64,000 bases of DNA from Candidatus Omnitrophota bacterium (GCA_030692045.1 JAUYCX010000049.1:106643-170642); one strand, 5' to 3'; shown: positions 17,209-26,335, counted from the stretch's first letter. The notes: generated from the letters alone by a model not told the origin. Numbers and translations are program-made.

Positions 17209-18615
17209 ATGAGTATTAAGGTTCTGCTTCTAAATCCCATTAAGCCAGGGCAGGATTTTAATGTTAATGTAGACCCTGTTATTATAAGACATACCGGCGC
17301 GCAAACGAAAGCAGGTATTTTTTCTCCATTGGGGCTTATGTATATCGCATCTATTTTACGCAATAATAAGATAGAGGTAAAAATAATTGACCCTGTACCA
17401 GAGGGCCGTTCTTTCGAATCCGTACTTGATATAGGGAAAGAATTCGATATTATAATTGTGCCGCTTGCTACCTCAAACATAAGTGGAACAATTAAATTAT
17501 TTGATAATCTTAAAGGCAAGATACGAGTATTAATCGGTACGTACGCTACTGTGATATCCGACCAGTTGCTTCGGGAAAATAAATGTGACATTGTTGTAAA
17601 CGGTGAAGCAGAGATGACGCTACTGGAATTGTGCAAAGCGGAAGGCAGTCCGAAAGATATCATAGGGTTAAGTTATATAAAGGACTATAAGGTCATCAAA
17701 AACTCCGACAGGCCACTTATAGAAGATCTTGATTCATTGCCTTTTCCCGCCAGAGATCTTATCGATAATAATCTTTATTCAGATATTTTTTTTGGAAAAC
17801 CTACCGCATTAGTCTTAACTAGTCGGGGTTGTCCTTATGAATGTAGCTTTTGCTCTGTAAAGTTTGTATATGGAAGGCGTTTAAGAGTAAGAAGCGTTAA
17901 GAATATTATAGAAGAGCTAGAGGAGATAGTTTTTAAGTACTGTATAAAGAATATTTTTTTTATTGATGATATATTCCCAGTAAACGAAGATAGAGTTATC
18001 CAGATATGCGATGCGATAATTAAACATAATTTGAAAATAAGCTGGGTTTGCAACTGCCACATTAATCTTATTACCAAAAGAATGCTTGAGCATATGGAAA
18101 AAGCGGGATGCAAAGAAATCCGTTATGGCATAGAATCTGCCTCAGCCGATATACTTAAAGGAATGAAAAAGAATATAACTCCTCAACAAGCAATTAAGGT
18201 AATCCGAATGACAAAAGAAGTCGGCATTATTCCATCGGGTTTCTTTATGATTGGTTTTCCTGGGGAAACAGTTGAGATGATAAGAGATACGGTTAATTTT
18301 GCTAAAATGCTTAACCCACTTTATGCCGTATTTACTATAACGATACCTGCGCCGGGTTCTGAGCTTTATTACTCTTTGCCGTTTTCCAAGAGGACTGAGT
18401 TAGTTGATAAGTTTGACACAGTAAATTCAGATACAACAAATATATGCGGTATTGAGCCGTATATCCTCACAAGAGAGCTTAAAAGGGCATATATTTCTTT
18501 TTATTTATCTTGGCGCTTCTTTTGTAATTTTATGTCGCAAGCAATACAGAGGCCTTCTGCGGCAGTCTCCGTTTTACGAATGTTATTACAGGGAGGCATT
18601 AAGATTTTTAACTAA
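17209..18615 (+). CDS. B12-binding-domain radical SAM protein (paralogue 5)
   Basis: I prefer the ATG at 17209 (MSIKVLLLNP) to the TTG at 17200. Blocks LIGTYATVI and VNGEAEMTLLEL, linker LDSLPFPARDLI, cluster motif TSRGCPYECSFCSV. Confidence 0.88.
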   Translation: MSIKVLLLNPIKPGQDFNVNVDPVIIRHTGAQTKAGIFSPLGLMYIASILRNNKIEVKIIDPVPEGRSFESVLDIGKEFDIIIVPLATSNISGTIKLFDNLKGKIRVLIGTYATVISDQLLRENKCDIVVNGEAEMTLLELCKAEGSPKDIIGLSYIKDYKVIKNSDRPLIEDLDSLPFPARDLIDNNLYSDIFFGKPTALVLTSRGCPYECSFCSVKFVYGRRLRVRSVKNIIEELEEIVFKYCIKNIFFIDDIFPVNEDRVIQICDAIIKHNLKISWVCNCHINLITKRMLEHMEKAGCKEIRYGIESASADILKGMKKNITPQQAIKVIRMTKEVGIIPSGFFMIGFPGETVEMIRDTVNFAKMLNPLYAVFTITIPAPGSELYYSLPFSKRTELVDKFDTVNSDTTNICGIEPYILTRELKRAYISFYLSWRFFCNFMSQAIQRPSAAVSVLRMLLQGGIKIFN

Positions 18616-18625
18616 GCGACGTTAT

Positions 18626-19657
18626 ATGAAAAATAAGATTCTTTCGGTTTGTGTGGTAGGGGCAGGTTCCGTAGCGGTAAATCACATTAAAGCATATAAA
18701 AGAAATGCTCATGTGAAACTTGTAGCTGTTGCGGCTAGGGAAGAGGAAAAGCTGAAACGTTTCTGTCGTTATTTTAAGGTCAACAAATATTATACGGACT
18801 ACAGGAAAATGCTGGCAGCTGAAAAACCCGAAGCAGTAAGTGTTTGTACTCCTCCCCATACACATGCCCAGATTTCTATTGACGCTCTTAAGGCTGGTTG
18901 CCATGTATTATGCGAGAAGCCAATAGCTAATACATTATCCGAGGCCGATCGGATGATCGCCGTGTCAAAAGAGACAAATAGATTACTTCTGATAAGTTTT
19001 CCTTTAAGGTTTATGAAGGAATATATGCAGGTTAAGGAAGTTATTAAATCAGGAATTTTGGGGCAGGTGAAGATTATTTGGTTTAGACGAGGTAGGGGAT
19101 TGCCTAGTCAGGAGTGGTATTTGGATAAGAGTAAATCGGGAGGCGTTATGTGCGAATTAGCAATCCACGGGATCGATTTGATAAGGTGGCTATCTGATTC
19201 TCCTGTTATTTCAGTGACCGCTGAGGCGATAGACGGTGTTTATAACTTGGGTAAAGAAGATAATGCATGGATTATTGTTAAATTTAAAAATGGCGCTATG
19301 GGTGTAGTGGGTAGTTCTTATAGTTATCCCTTTTTCGAGGCGGATTTTGGTGTTTGCGGCGATAAAAAGGCATTAAGGTTATTCAGGGGAAAGACGCTTA
19401 TTGAAGATTTAAAAAAAAGACACACTTTATTATCAACTTTTATAAGGTATTGCATGGAATCATTTATATTGCCTTACAGAATTATTATGGAGAAGCCATT
19501 CGAGAGAGAGGTAGAACATTTTATCAATTGTACACAGGGTAAGTGTAATTCGCTTTTAAGCGCAGAGAATGCAAGAACAAATTTAGATATAATTCTTAAA
19601 GCATTAGATTCTGTAAATAATGGGAAAAGAATATATCTAAATGAAATCGGTAACTGA
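18626..19657 (+). CDS. Gfo/Idh/MocA-family NAD(P)-dependent oxidoreductase
   Basis: The N-terminal Rossmann block is KILSVCVVGAGSVAVNHIKAY, followed by VLCEKP. I prefer the ATG at 18626; the track start at 18452 would overlap the rSAM gene by more than 160 nt. Confidence 0.8.
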   Translation: MKNKILSVCVVGAGSVAVNHIKAYKRNAHVKLVAVAAREEEKLKRFCRYFKVNKYYTDYRKMLAAEKPEAVSVCTPPHTHAQISIDALKAGCHVLCEKPIANTLSEADRMIAVSKETNRLLLISFPLRFMKEYMQVKEVIKSGILGQVKIIWFRRGRGLPSQEWYLDKSKSGGVMCELAIHGIDLIRWLSDSPVISVTAEAIDGVYNLGKEDNAWIIVKFKNGAMGVVGSSYSYPFFEADFGVCGDKKALRLFRGKTLIEDLKKRHTLLSTFIRYCMESFILPYRIIMEKPFEREVEHFINCTQGKCNSLLSAENARTNLDIILKALDSVNNGKRIYLNEIGN

Positions 19658-19729
19658 TGTTGATATTGTCGGTGTTGTATTCATTTTTTTCATAAGTTCG
19701 CCTGATAGTTGATTTATGGTTCGAATAAT

Positions 19730-21001
19730 ATGAAACCATTATTAATCTGTTTCTTAATCTTTATTGCGGTTATTTCATCGGTATTATCGTGGCATAACAT
19801 GATTTATCAGGCAGACAGCCTTCCTTCTTTTTATAAAGACGAGGTTGCCAATGTTCAAGATGCTGTTTCTTTCTTTGCAAATGGAGTTTATAAGAATGAC
19901 AGGTATGGTTTGGCTTACACCAGTGGTATTGCAGTAACTTGGCCAAGTGCTATTGGTTGGTATATTGGCCACAATATGCTTGCATCCAGACTTGCATGCG
20001 CATTTTTTTCTTGGCTTTTTGGCATTTTGCTGGGATTTTGGTTCTTCAGGCGCAATAAATACACTTCGTTAGAGTCGATAACAGCTGCCGTTTGTCTTTG
20101 GGGATTGACTATTACTACACCATTTGCTCTGCCATACTGGTTTGGGTTTATGTATAATCTGGGAGAATTAAATACCATTATTTTGATTGTTTTTGGTCTC
20201 TTCTTACTTTCAAAACATCCAATGCTAAGTACATTTATTTTTGGCATTTCTTTATGGCAGGGAAAATTTATTTATTCTCCTTTAGTGTGGGCCATATTAT
20301 TAGGAAATATTTTCTCTCAGAAATTGTCTACGAAGAGAATGCTGACTAGTTTTTTGGTGCATATAGTTGTCTTTCTGTTGCCATTATTTATCTGGATGGG
20401 ATGGATTTTTTTGAGGTTTGATATTTTAATGATAAAACAGTGGTTGTTTGATGAGCTAAGTTGGTTGAACAGTAATAAAGCTGTTCATGCGCCAGCCGTA
20501 TCATCGATGAAATTTTCATTAGGAGCACTCAAAGAGCGACTAAGTTCGTCGGATTTTGAATGGGTAAGTTACACATTAGGGACTAAGATGAAAAATTTAT
20601 GGTTTTCATTTGGTGCTATAGGTGCAACACTTATGGGGTTGATTATGGCGAAGAAGAAAATATTGAGTATTTCAGATAGAGAAAAGTGGATAAGTATTAT
20701 GGCTAGTATCGGTATTGGGTTTTATAGTGTGTTGTATTTCTTTATTCGTCCATATATGTGGCAAAGGTATTTTCATCCGGCTATTTATACTGGTTTTGGA
20801 CTTTTTGTATTTTGGTTTTTAAAATGGATAAGAAAGAGCTCGCTTAATCTTAAACCTTTATTTTATGCAGCCGCATTTTTTTTAATCATTCTACAGGGAA
20901 TTAGTGCAGTTAAACATCCTATTCTCCAGCCTAAAACATCTTATGCTCGCTCATGTACGGATTTGTATAGCGCCAAATGCGATCCCACTCTGTACAAATG
21001 A
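19730..21001 (+). CDS. Polytopic membrane protein, GT-C-like (tentative)
   Basis: About 423 aa with more than 10 hydrophobic helices. An acidic FYKDEVANVQDA segment directly follows the first helix, where GT-C enzymes carry their catalytic D/E motif. I prefer the ATG at 19730 to the TTG at 19709. Confidence 0.4.
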   Translation: MKPLLICFLIFIAVISSVLSWHNMIYQADSLPSFYKDEVANVQDAVSFFANGVYKNDRYGLAYTSGIAVTWPSAIGWYIGHNMLASRLACAFFSWLFGILLGFWFFRRNKYTSLESITAAVCLWGLTITTPFALPYWFGFMYNLGELNTIILIVFGLFLLSKHPMLSTFIFGISLWQGKFIYSPLVWAILLGNIFSQKLSTKRMLTSFLVHIVVFLLPLFIWMGWIFLRFDILMIKQWLFDELSWLNSNKAVHAPAVSSMKFSLGALKERLSSSDFEWVSYTLGTKMKNLWFSFGAIGATLMGLIMAKKKILSISDREKWISIMASIGIGFYSVLYFFIRPYMWQRYFHPAIYTGFGLFVFWFLKWIRKSSLNLKPLFYAAAFFLIILQGISAVKHPILQPKTSYARSCTDLYSAKCDPTLYK

Positions 21002-21120
21002 TAGGAATATTCATATCATATTAGCTCGTCATTCATACTGATATTTGTAATAACGAGAGAGATATGCATTGAAAATAACAAAAATTGAATTATTAGAGTA
21101 AGATGACTATTGGATAAAAA

Positions 21121-22323
21121 ATGCATTTTAAAAGGAAATATTTATTTGTTATTTTATCAATTTTTTGGGGATGTATTCTAACCATCATAACGACGGAAAT
21201 CTTATTACATTTGATTGGTCCAGATTGGCTTAAACAACGAATGAAAGAAGTGGGTGTAAACAATATAACTGGTGCCGATCCTAAATCTTTTGGTTCAGAT
21301 AAAGGTTGGCCGATAGTACGGGACAAAGAAAAATTCATTAAATTCGTTCCATTTAGTCATTTCCATATTCGACACTATGAATATGATGTAGAGGCAAGTA
21401 TCGATAAATGGGGAGGAAGGCGTACGGCCCAATCTTGCAATAAACATAGCGGAGAAATTATCCCTTTTCTTGGAGATTCTTTTGTTTTTGGCGTAGGCGT
21501 AAAAGATGAAGAAACTTTCGTAAGTCTAATATCACAGAAATTGCCGTACTGTTTTATTAATTTAGGAACTCCTGGATCGTCTCTGCCTAGACAATTGGAT
21601 ATTATTGAGCAAAGACACCAAGAGTTAAATACTCCCTCCGTTTATATTTTTAATTTTTTTATTGGAAATGATTTTACCAATTTATTCGATAAAAATGTTT
21701 TAATAAATAGCAAGAATAAGCCCACAAAATTATTTCCTTTAAGGGGAAAGAAATCTACGCAAATGTTGGAAGCAGTTAATGATTTTGTTCGCCAGAATTC
21801 TCTATTGCGAAAGTGCTATCTTATTCAATTTATTAAGGCTAAATTACTCGTTCTTTACAATGATTTCTTGGCATCTAGGGGAGTGATTAAGCGTACAGAT
21901 GATGAAATATTCCATGTGATTCAGGACAGTAGGCATTTTAGGAAAATGCAGTATATTTTGGATGAAGAACTGAGGCGCTTAGATAAGTTGGCGAAAGAAT
22001 TAAATTTTAAAGCCGTTTTTATTCTAATACCTGATAGGCATCAGGTTGAAAAAGAACGCCTGTTGCTTAAATTGAAATATTATGGAATAAATAGGCAAAA
22101 CATAGATATTAGATTGCCTAATCGAGTTATGAAGGAAAAATTAAGCAACTTTAATATCCCTTTTATTGACCTTTTGGAGTGTTTAGAAGAAAAACATCGC
22201 ATCTCTCCAAATGTTCGTTTATATTATATTTTAGATAACCATTTAACAGCTAAAGGGCATAAAGCTGTAGCTGATTGTATCTTTTACCCGTTAAATTCCA
22301 TTATTTCTAAATATTGGAAATAG
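21121..22323 (+). CDS. Membrane-anchored SGNH-like hydrolase/acyltransferase (AlgJ/AlgX/DltD-like)
   Basis: 400 aa with an N-terminal anchor helix. Block I is IPFLGDSFVFGVG. The C-terminal LDNHLTAKGH resembles the D-x-H(W/L)T motif of AlgJ-type SGNH proteins. Confidence 0.6.
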   Translation: MHFKRKYLFVILSIFWGCILTIITTEILLHLIGPDWLKQRMKEVGVNNITGADPKSFGSDKGWPIVRDKEKFIKFVPFSHFHIRHYEYDVEASIDKWGGRRTAQSCNKHSGEIIPFLGDSFVFGVGVKDEETFVSLISQKLPYCFINLGTPGSSLPRQLDIIEQRHQELNTPSVYIFNFFIGNDFTNLFDKNVLINSKNKPTKLFPLRGKKSTQMLEAVNDFVRQNSLLRKCYLIQFIKAKLLVLYNDFLASRGVIKRTDDEIFHVIQDSRHFRKMQYILDEELRRLDKLAKELNFKAVFILIPDRHQVEKERLLLKLKYYGINRQNIDIRLPNRVMKEKLSNFNIPFIDLLECLEEKHRISPNVRLYYILDNHLTAKGHKAVADCIFYPLNSIISKYWK

Positions 22324-22348
22324 TTTTTTATATTGGAAATAGTTTTTT
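22311..22348 (+). repeat. Perfect 19-bp tandem duplication spanning a stop codon
   Basis: ATATTGGAAATAGTTTTTT occurs at 22311-22329 and again at 22330-22348. The first copy contains the last codons and the TAG stop of the SGNH-like gene. Confidence 0.9.
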
Positions 22349-22354
22349 TAAATT

Positions 22355-23056
22355 ATGAAAGTAGTAATTTTGTGCGGTGGAAAAGGTACTCGGATGGGCA
22401 ATGAAGAATTGCCCAAGGCGCTTTTTTTGGTTGGTGATAAGCCAATTCTATGGCATATTATGCGCATTTACGCTCATTACGGACTCAAGGATTTTGTATT
22501 ATGCTTAGGATACAAAGCTAACAATATAAGGAAGTATTTTTCAGATGTAAAAAGTTGGAAGATAAATTTTGTAGATACTGGATTAGGTACTAACACTGGC
22601 GGCAGAATAAGAATGATTAGAAATTATATCAATGATGACTATTTTTTGGCAACTTATGGAGACGGATTAGCAGATGTAAATATTCTTGATATAATAAAAT
22701 TTCACAAAAATCATAAGAAAATCGCAACCCTTACAGCGGTTAAGCCTCGTTCTCCATTTGGTATTGTAGGTATAGATTCCCATACAAAGGCAGTAACTCA
22801 TTTTGAAGAGAAACCCATTTCAGACCATTGGATAAATGGGGGTTTTTTTGTTTTTAATAAAGAAATTTTTAATTACTTAAGAGATGATGATGTGTTAGAA
22901 AGAGATACATTTAGAAGGTTAGTTAAAGATAAAAATTTAGTTGCATTTAAACACAATGGTTTTTGGGAATGTATGGATACATATAAAGATAATTTAAGGT
23001 TAAATGAACTTTGGTCAAATAACAATGCGCCTTGGGCAATTTGGAAAGGAAAATGA
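22355..23056 (+). CDS. rfbF: Glucose-1-phosphate cytidylyltransferase
   Basis: MKVVILCGGKGTRMG..LPKALFLVGDKPILWHIM .. ATYGDGLADVNI .. GFWECMDTYKDNLRLNELW..NAPWAIW is collinear with RfbF-type CDP-glucose pyrophosphorylases. Confidence 0.8.
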   Translation: MKVVILCGGKGTRMGNEELPKALFLVGDKPILWHIMRIYAHYGLKDFVLCLGYKANNIRKYFSDVKSWKINFVDTGLGTNTGGRIRMIRNYINDDYFLATYGDGLADVNILDIIKFHKNHKKIATLTAVKPRSPFGIVGIDSHTKAVTHFEEKPISDHWINGGFFVFNKEIFNYLRDDDVLERDTFRRLVKDKNLVAFKHNGFWECMDTYKDNLRLNELWSNNNAPWAIWKGK

Positions 23057-23059
23057 GCA

Positions 23060-24049
23060 ATGGATAATTTCTGGCGAAATAAACGCGTATTAATCACAGG
23101 AGCAAATGGCTTTTTAGGTTCGCATTTGTCAATTGCACTTTTAAAAAAAGAAGCTTTTATTATAGGTATTATCAAAGAAGATCCTAAATATGCTTATTTA
23201 AAAATTGCTTTAAATGAATTATTTAATCCAAAGATAAAATTAATAAAATCTGATATTGTCAATTTTAAATCACTTTCTAAAATATTTAAAGACCATAAAC
23301 CCGATATATGTATGCATGTTGCTGCACAGCCGATAGTAGGAATTGCAAATAAATCACCCCTGTCTACCTTTGAAGCTAATATCAAAGGGACCTGGAATAT
23401 TTTAGAGTTAGCGCGACTTTACAAAACAAAAGCAGTAATTGTTGCCTCAAGTGATAAGGCATATGGCGAGCATAAAAAATTGCCTTATAAAGAAGATGCA
23501 GCTCTTTTAGCTTTACACCCGTATGATGCTTCAAAAGCCTGCGCAGATATGCTTACTCGATGCTACGCTCATACCTATAGTTTAAATACGGCAGTTACAC
23601 GCTGTGCTAATATTTATGGGCCAGGAGATTTTAATTTTTCCAGAATTATACCAGACACTATACGTTTAGCTATTTTAAACCAAAATCCTGTTATCCGCAG
23701 TGACGGGACTCCTTTAAGAGATTATATTTTTATAAATGATATAGTTGATGGCTATCTTATTTTTTCGGAAAAGCTATATTGCAACAAGATTAAGCCAGGT
23801 GAGGTTTTTAATTTTGGAACAGGTAGACCCATTAGCGTTTTAAATTTGGTAAACAAAATTCTTCTAATAGCAAAAAAACAAAAATTAAAACCTAAAATCT
23901 TAAGTAAAGGAAAGATTAAAGGCGAAATCGATAAACAATATTTGTCAAGTAGCAAGGCAAAAGCACTGCTTGGCTGGAAATGTCGAAAATCTTTAACCGA
24001 AGGCTTAAAGATTACTTATACTTGGTATGCTAATCATTTGAAACATTAA
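23060..24049 (+). CDS. Extended SDR, CDP-glucose 4,6-dehydratase-like
   Basis: NFWRNKRVLITGANGFLGSHL, HVAAQPIVG, SSDKAYG, YDASKACAD (YxxxK) and NIYGPGDFNFSRIIPD parallel the RfbG pattern. It sits directly downstream of rfbF. The exact substrate cannot be determined from sequence. Confidence 0.6.
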   Translation: MDNFWRNKRVLITGANGFLGSHLSIALLKKEAFIIGIIKEDPKYAYLKIALNELFNPKIKLIKSDIVNFKSLSKIFKDHKPDICMHVAAQPIVGIANKSPLSTFEANIKGTWNILELARLYKTKAVIVASSDKAYGEHKKLPYKEDAALLALHPYDASKACADMLTRCYAHTYSLNTAVTRCANIYGPGDFNFSRIIPDTIRLAILNQNPVIRSDGTPLRDYIFINDIVDGYLIFSEKLYCNKIKPGEVFNFGTGRPISVLNLVNKILLIAKKQKLKPKILSKGKIKGEIDKQYLSSSKAKALLGWKCRKSLTEGLKITYTWYANHLKH

Positions 24050-24067
24050 TTATTAAAATGTTGAAAT

Positions 24068-24829
24068 ATGGCAGATACATTAAAACGCTTTGATATCTTA
24101 GGAGTAAAGGTTTCAGCAATCAATATGGAAGATGCTTGTTCATTTATTAATGAAGCTATTATTAAAAATAAAAAAATATATGTTTGTGTATGTCCGGTAA
24201 GCACAATTATGGAATGTTACAGAAATAAAAATATATTAAAAAGTGTTAATTTAGCAGATTTAGTTACTCCTGACGGGATGCCGGTTGTTTGGATGGGAAA
24301 GATAAAAGGGCACAATAATATCCGCAGGGTTTATGGCCCAGATTTAATGTTAGAAACTTGCAAACTATCCCAGAAGAGTGGTTATAGAAATTATTTTTAT
24401 GGCTCTACCGATTATTGCTTAGGTAAGCTTCAAAATAGGCTAAAACAAATTTTCCCAAATTTGATAATATCAGGTGTATTTTCCCCGCCTTTTAGTGAAT
24501 TATTCTTTGAAGAAGATGGCAGAGATATAGAAATAATAAATCAAAGCAAATCTCATATATTGTGGGTGGGCTTAGGTTCGCCAAAACAAGACATTTGGAT
24601 GAGTAAATTTAGAGATAAATTAAATGTTCCTGTAATAATCGGAGTTGGAGCGGCATTTGATTTTTTAGCAGGGACTAAAATCCAGGCACCCCGTTGGATT
24701 AGAGATAGTGGTTTCGAATGGTTTTTTAGATTAATCACTGAGCCAAAAAGGCTATGGCGTAGATACTTGGTAGATGGCAGCCTTTTTATATATTATGCGG
24801 CAAGGGAATTGATTTTTAAAGGTTTTTAA
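24068..24829 (+). CDS. WecB/TagA/CpsF family glycosyltransferase (GT26)
   Basis: 253 aa. ILGVKVSAINMEDA .. LVTPDGMPVVW .. ILWVGLGSPKQDIWM .. IGVGAAFDFLAG..QAPRW are the diagnostic GT26 blocks. Confidence 0.85.
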   Translation: MADTLKRFDILGVKVSAINMEDACSFINEAIIKNKKIYVCVCPVSTIMECYRNKNILKSVNLADLVTPDGMPVVWMGKIKGHNNIRRVYGPDLMLETCKLSQKSGYRNYFYGSTDYCLGKLQNRLKQIFPNLIISGVFSPPFSELFFEEDGRDIEIINQSKSHILWVGLGSPKQDIWMSKFRDKLNVPVIIGVGAAFDFLAGTKIQAPRWIRDSGFEWFFRLITEPKRLWRRYLVDGSLFIYYAARELIFKGF

Positions 24830-24899
24830 CTTTAACTGCAAAAAAGACTTACCACAAAAAATAAATCTAAAACAAAACTCCTTCCTATAAATTATCGTC

Positions 24900-24929
24900 T
24901 TGCCAATTGAATAAAAATTATGGTATAAT
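24900..24929 (+). promoter_or_regulatory. Candidate sigma70-type promoter with extended -10 upstream of the phosphoglycosyltransferase gene
   Basis: TTGCCA lies at 24900-24905, followed by an 18-nt spacer and TGgTATAAT, with TATAAT at 24924-24929. This is one of only three intergenic gaps longer than 100 nt. The ATG at 24938 is 8 nt downstream of the -10 and has no SD, which suggests a leaderless transcript. Confidence 0.35.
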
Positions 24930-24937
24930 TCATTTCT

Positions 24938-26335
24938 ATGTATTATCAAGATAGAAGGCGAATACATACTATTTATTTAATTCTAGATATCATTCTAATA
25001 AGCATTTCTTTTTATTTACCTTGTAAAATTAATCCTGATTCAATTCCTCAGAGTTTGGTAGAATTTAAACCCTATTTTTCTGTATTTGCTATCTGGACCC
25101 TTAGTTTAATATTTCTTTTGAATAATTTGCATCTTTATGCAACTGACCGCTCACTAAGCATTTCTAAAGAGTGGGGGCAGGTAGTCAAATGTGTTTTATT
25201 CTCTTCTGTTTTAGCTGCGCTTTTCATTTTCGCGCTTAAGGCAGTTATCTTTTCGCGTTTAGTTTTTATAGAGTCAACATTTTTACTGGCATTAAGCCTT
25301 TCGTCCTTTCGCACAGTAAAAAGAATCTGGGTAAGGTACCTAATTCGAAATGGTTATTCTAATCTTAATATTTTAATTGTAGGTTCTGGTAATACAGGTT
25401 CAGCATTATCTGAAGAAATTCAAAATAATCCATATTTGGGATTAAGAATTGTAGGCTTTCTTGATGATAATAATACGCATAACACTCTTGGTTGTAAAGT
25501 CTTAGGCAAGATTAAGGATTTAGAGGATGTGGTGAAGAAGAATTTTGTTGATGAAATTTATGTAACTATACCTTCAGAGCGCAAGATAACTTCTGAAGTG
25601 CTTCTTCAAGCAATGAAGATGGGTAAGACAGTTAGGGTAGTAGCAGAACGATTTGACCTTCCTTATCAGCAAGTAGGTCTAAATTATATTGGCTTTATAC
25701 CCTTACTGACTTATTTTGAAAAGAACTTACACGGAACAGAGCAAGCTATCAAGCGCTTTTTAGATATTATTGTTTCAGTTATGCTTCTAATATTATTTTT
25801 GCCCTTACTTTTGATTATTGCTTTTTTAATAAAACTCGAAAGTCCAGGATCCGTATTTTATGTTTCAAAACGTAGCGGTAAAAAAGGAAAGATTTTCAAT
25901 TTTTATAAGTTCCGTTCAATGGTCCACGGTGCAGAAAATCATAAAGAAGCTTTACGACATAAATCTGAGGTCAAGGGTCCGATATTTAAAATAAGAAAGG
26001 ACCCGCGCATTACAAGCTTAGGAAGGTTTTTACGAAAATATAGCTTGGATGAGTTGCCTCAGCTAATTAATGTTTTGAAAGGGGATATGAGTTTAGTTGG
26101 TCCCCGGCCATTTCCTGTTGATGAGAGTCAGAAATTAGAAAATAGGCATATGCCAAGATTAAATATTACACCAGGAATAACGGGATTAGCTCAAATTAAA
26201 GGCCGTTCAGATTTATCTTTCCGTAAATGGGCAAAATGGGATTTATGGTATTTTAATCATTGGTCTTTAGGATTGGATTTAAAAATTTTATGGTGGACAC
26301 TACCGGCTGTTTTGAAGGGAAAAGGGGCTTATTGA
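24938..26335 (+). CDS. Polyprenyl-phosphate sugar-1-phosphate transferase (WbaP/EPS-type initiating PGT)
   Basis: 465 aa with N-terminal TM helices and a central Rossmann-like ILIVGSGNTGSAL. The C-terminal Bac_transf domain contains FYKFRSM and DELPQLINVLKGDMSLVGPRP. Confidence 0.9.
   Translation: MYYQDRRRIHTIYLILDIILISISFYLPCKINPDSIPQSLVEFKPYFSVFAIWTLSLIFLLNNLHLYATDRSLSISKEWGQVVKCVLFSSVLAALFIFALKAVIFSRLVFIESTFLLALSLSSFRTVKRIWVRYLIRNGYSNLNILIVGSGNTGSALSEEIQNNPYLGLRIVGFLDDNNTHNTLGCKVLGKIKDLEDVVKKNFVDEIYVTIPSERKITSEVLLQAMKMGKTVRVVAERFDLPYQQVGLNYIGFIPLLTYFEKNLHGTEQAIKRFLDIIVSVMLLILFLPLLLIIAFLIKLESPGSVFYVSKRSGKKGKIFNFYKFRSMVHGAENHKEALRHKSEVKGPIFKIRKDPRITSLGRFLRKYSLDELPQLINVLKGDMSLVGPRPFPVDESQKLENRHMPRLNITPGITGLAQIKGRSDLSFRKWAKWDLWYFNHWSLGLDLKILWWTLPAVLKGKGAY

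Noticed and set aside
17079-17663. A 194-aa minus-strand ORF, together with all the other 60-120-aa minus-strand ORFs in the track.
   Set aside because: Each lies entirely antisense to a long plus-strand gene with clear family motifs. Their translations are low-complexity (rich in S, I, L, F, K) with no recognisable domain, as expected for shadow ORFs in AT-rich DNA.
18452-18625. Long N-terminal extensions in the ORF track at 7800, 14849, 17200, 18452, 19709, 26260, 50041 and 58390.
   Set aside because: The extensions overlap the preceding well-supported gene by up to about 170 nt, and they precede the point where the family-typical N-terminus begins (a Rossmann GxGxxG, or the MK..ILIINP of GT9 and rSAM). 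I adopted internal ATG starts instead.
21025-21057. An imperfect hairpin (CTCGTCATT .. AATAACGAG) in the 119-nt gap after the 19730 gene, considered as a Rho-independent terminator. Weak -35/-10-like hexamers near 21069-21113 were also considered.
   Set aside because: The stem is 9 bp with a mismatch, the loop is 15 nt, and no T-tract follows. The promoter-like hexamers match the consensus poorly (for example TATTAG or TATTGG as the -10). That is not enough to annotate either feature.
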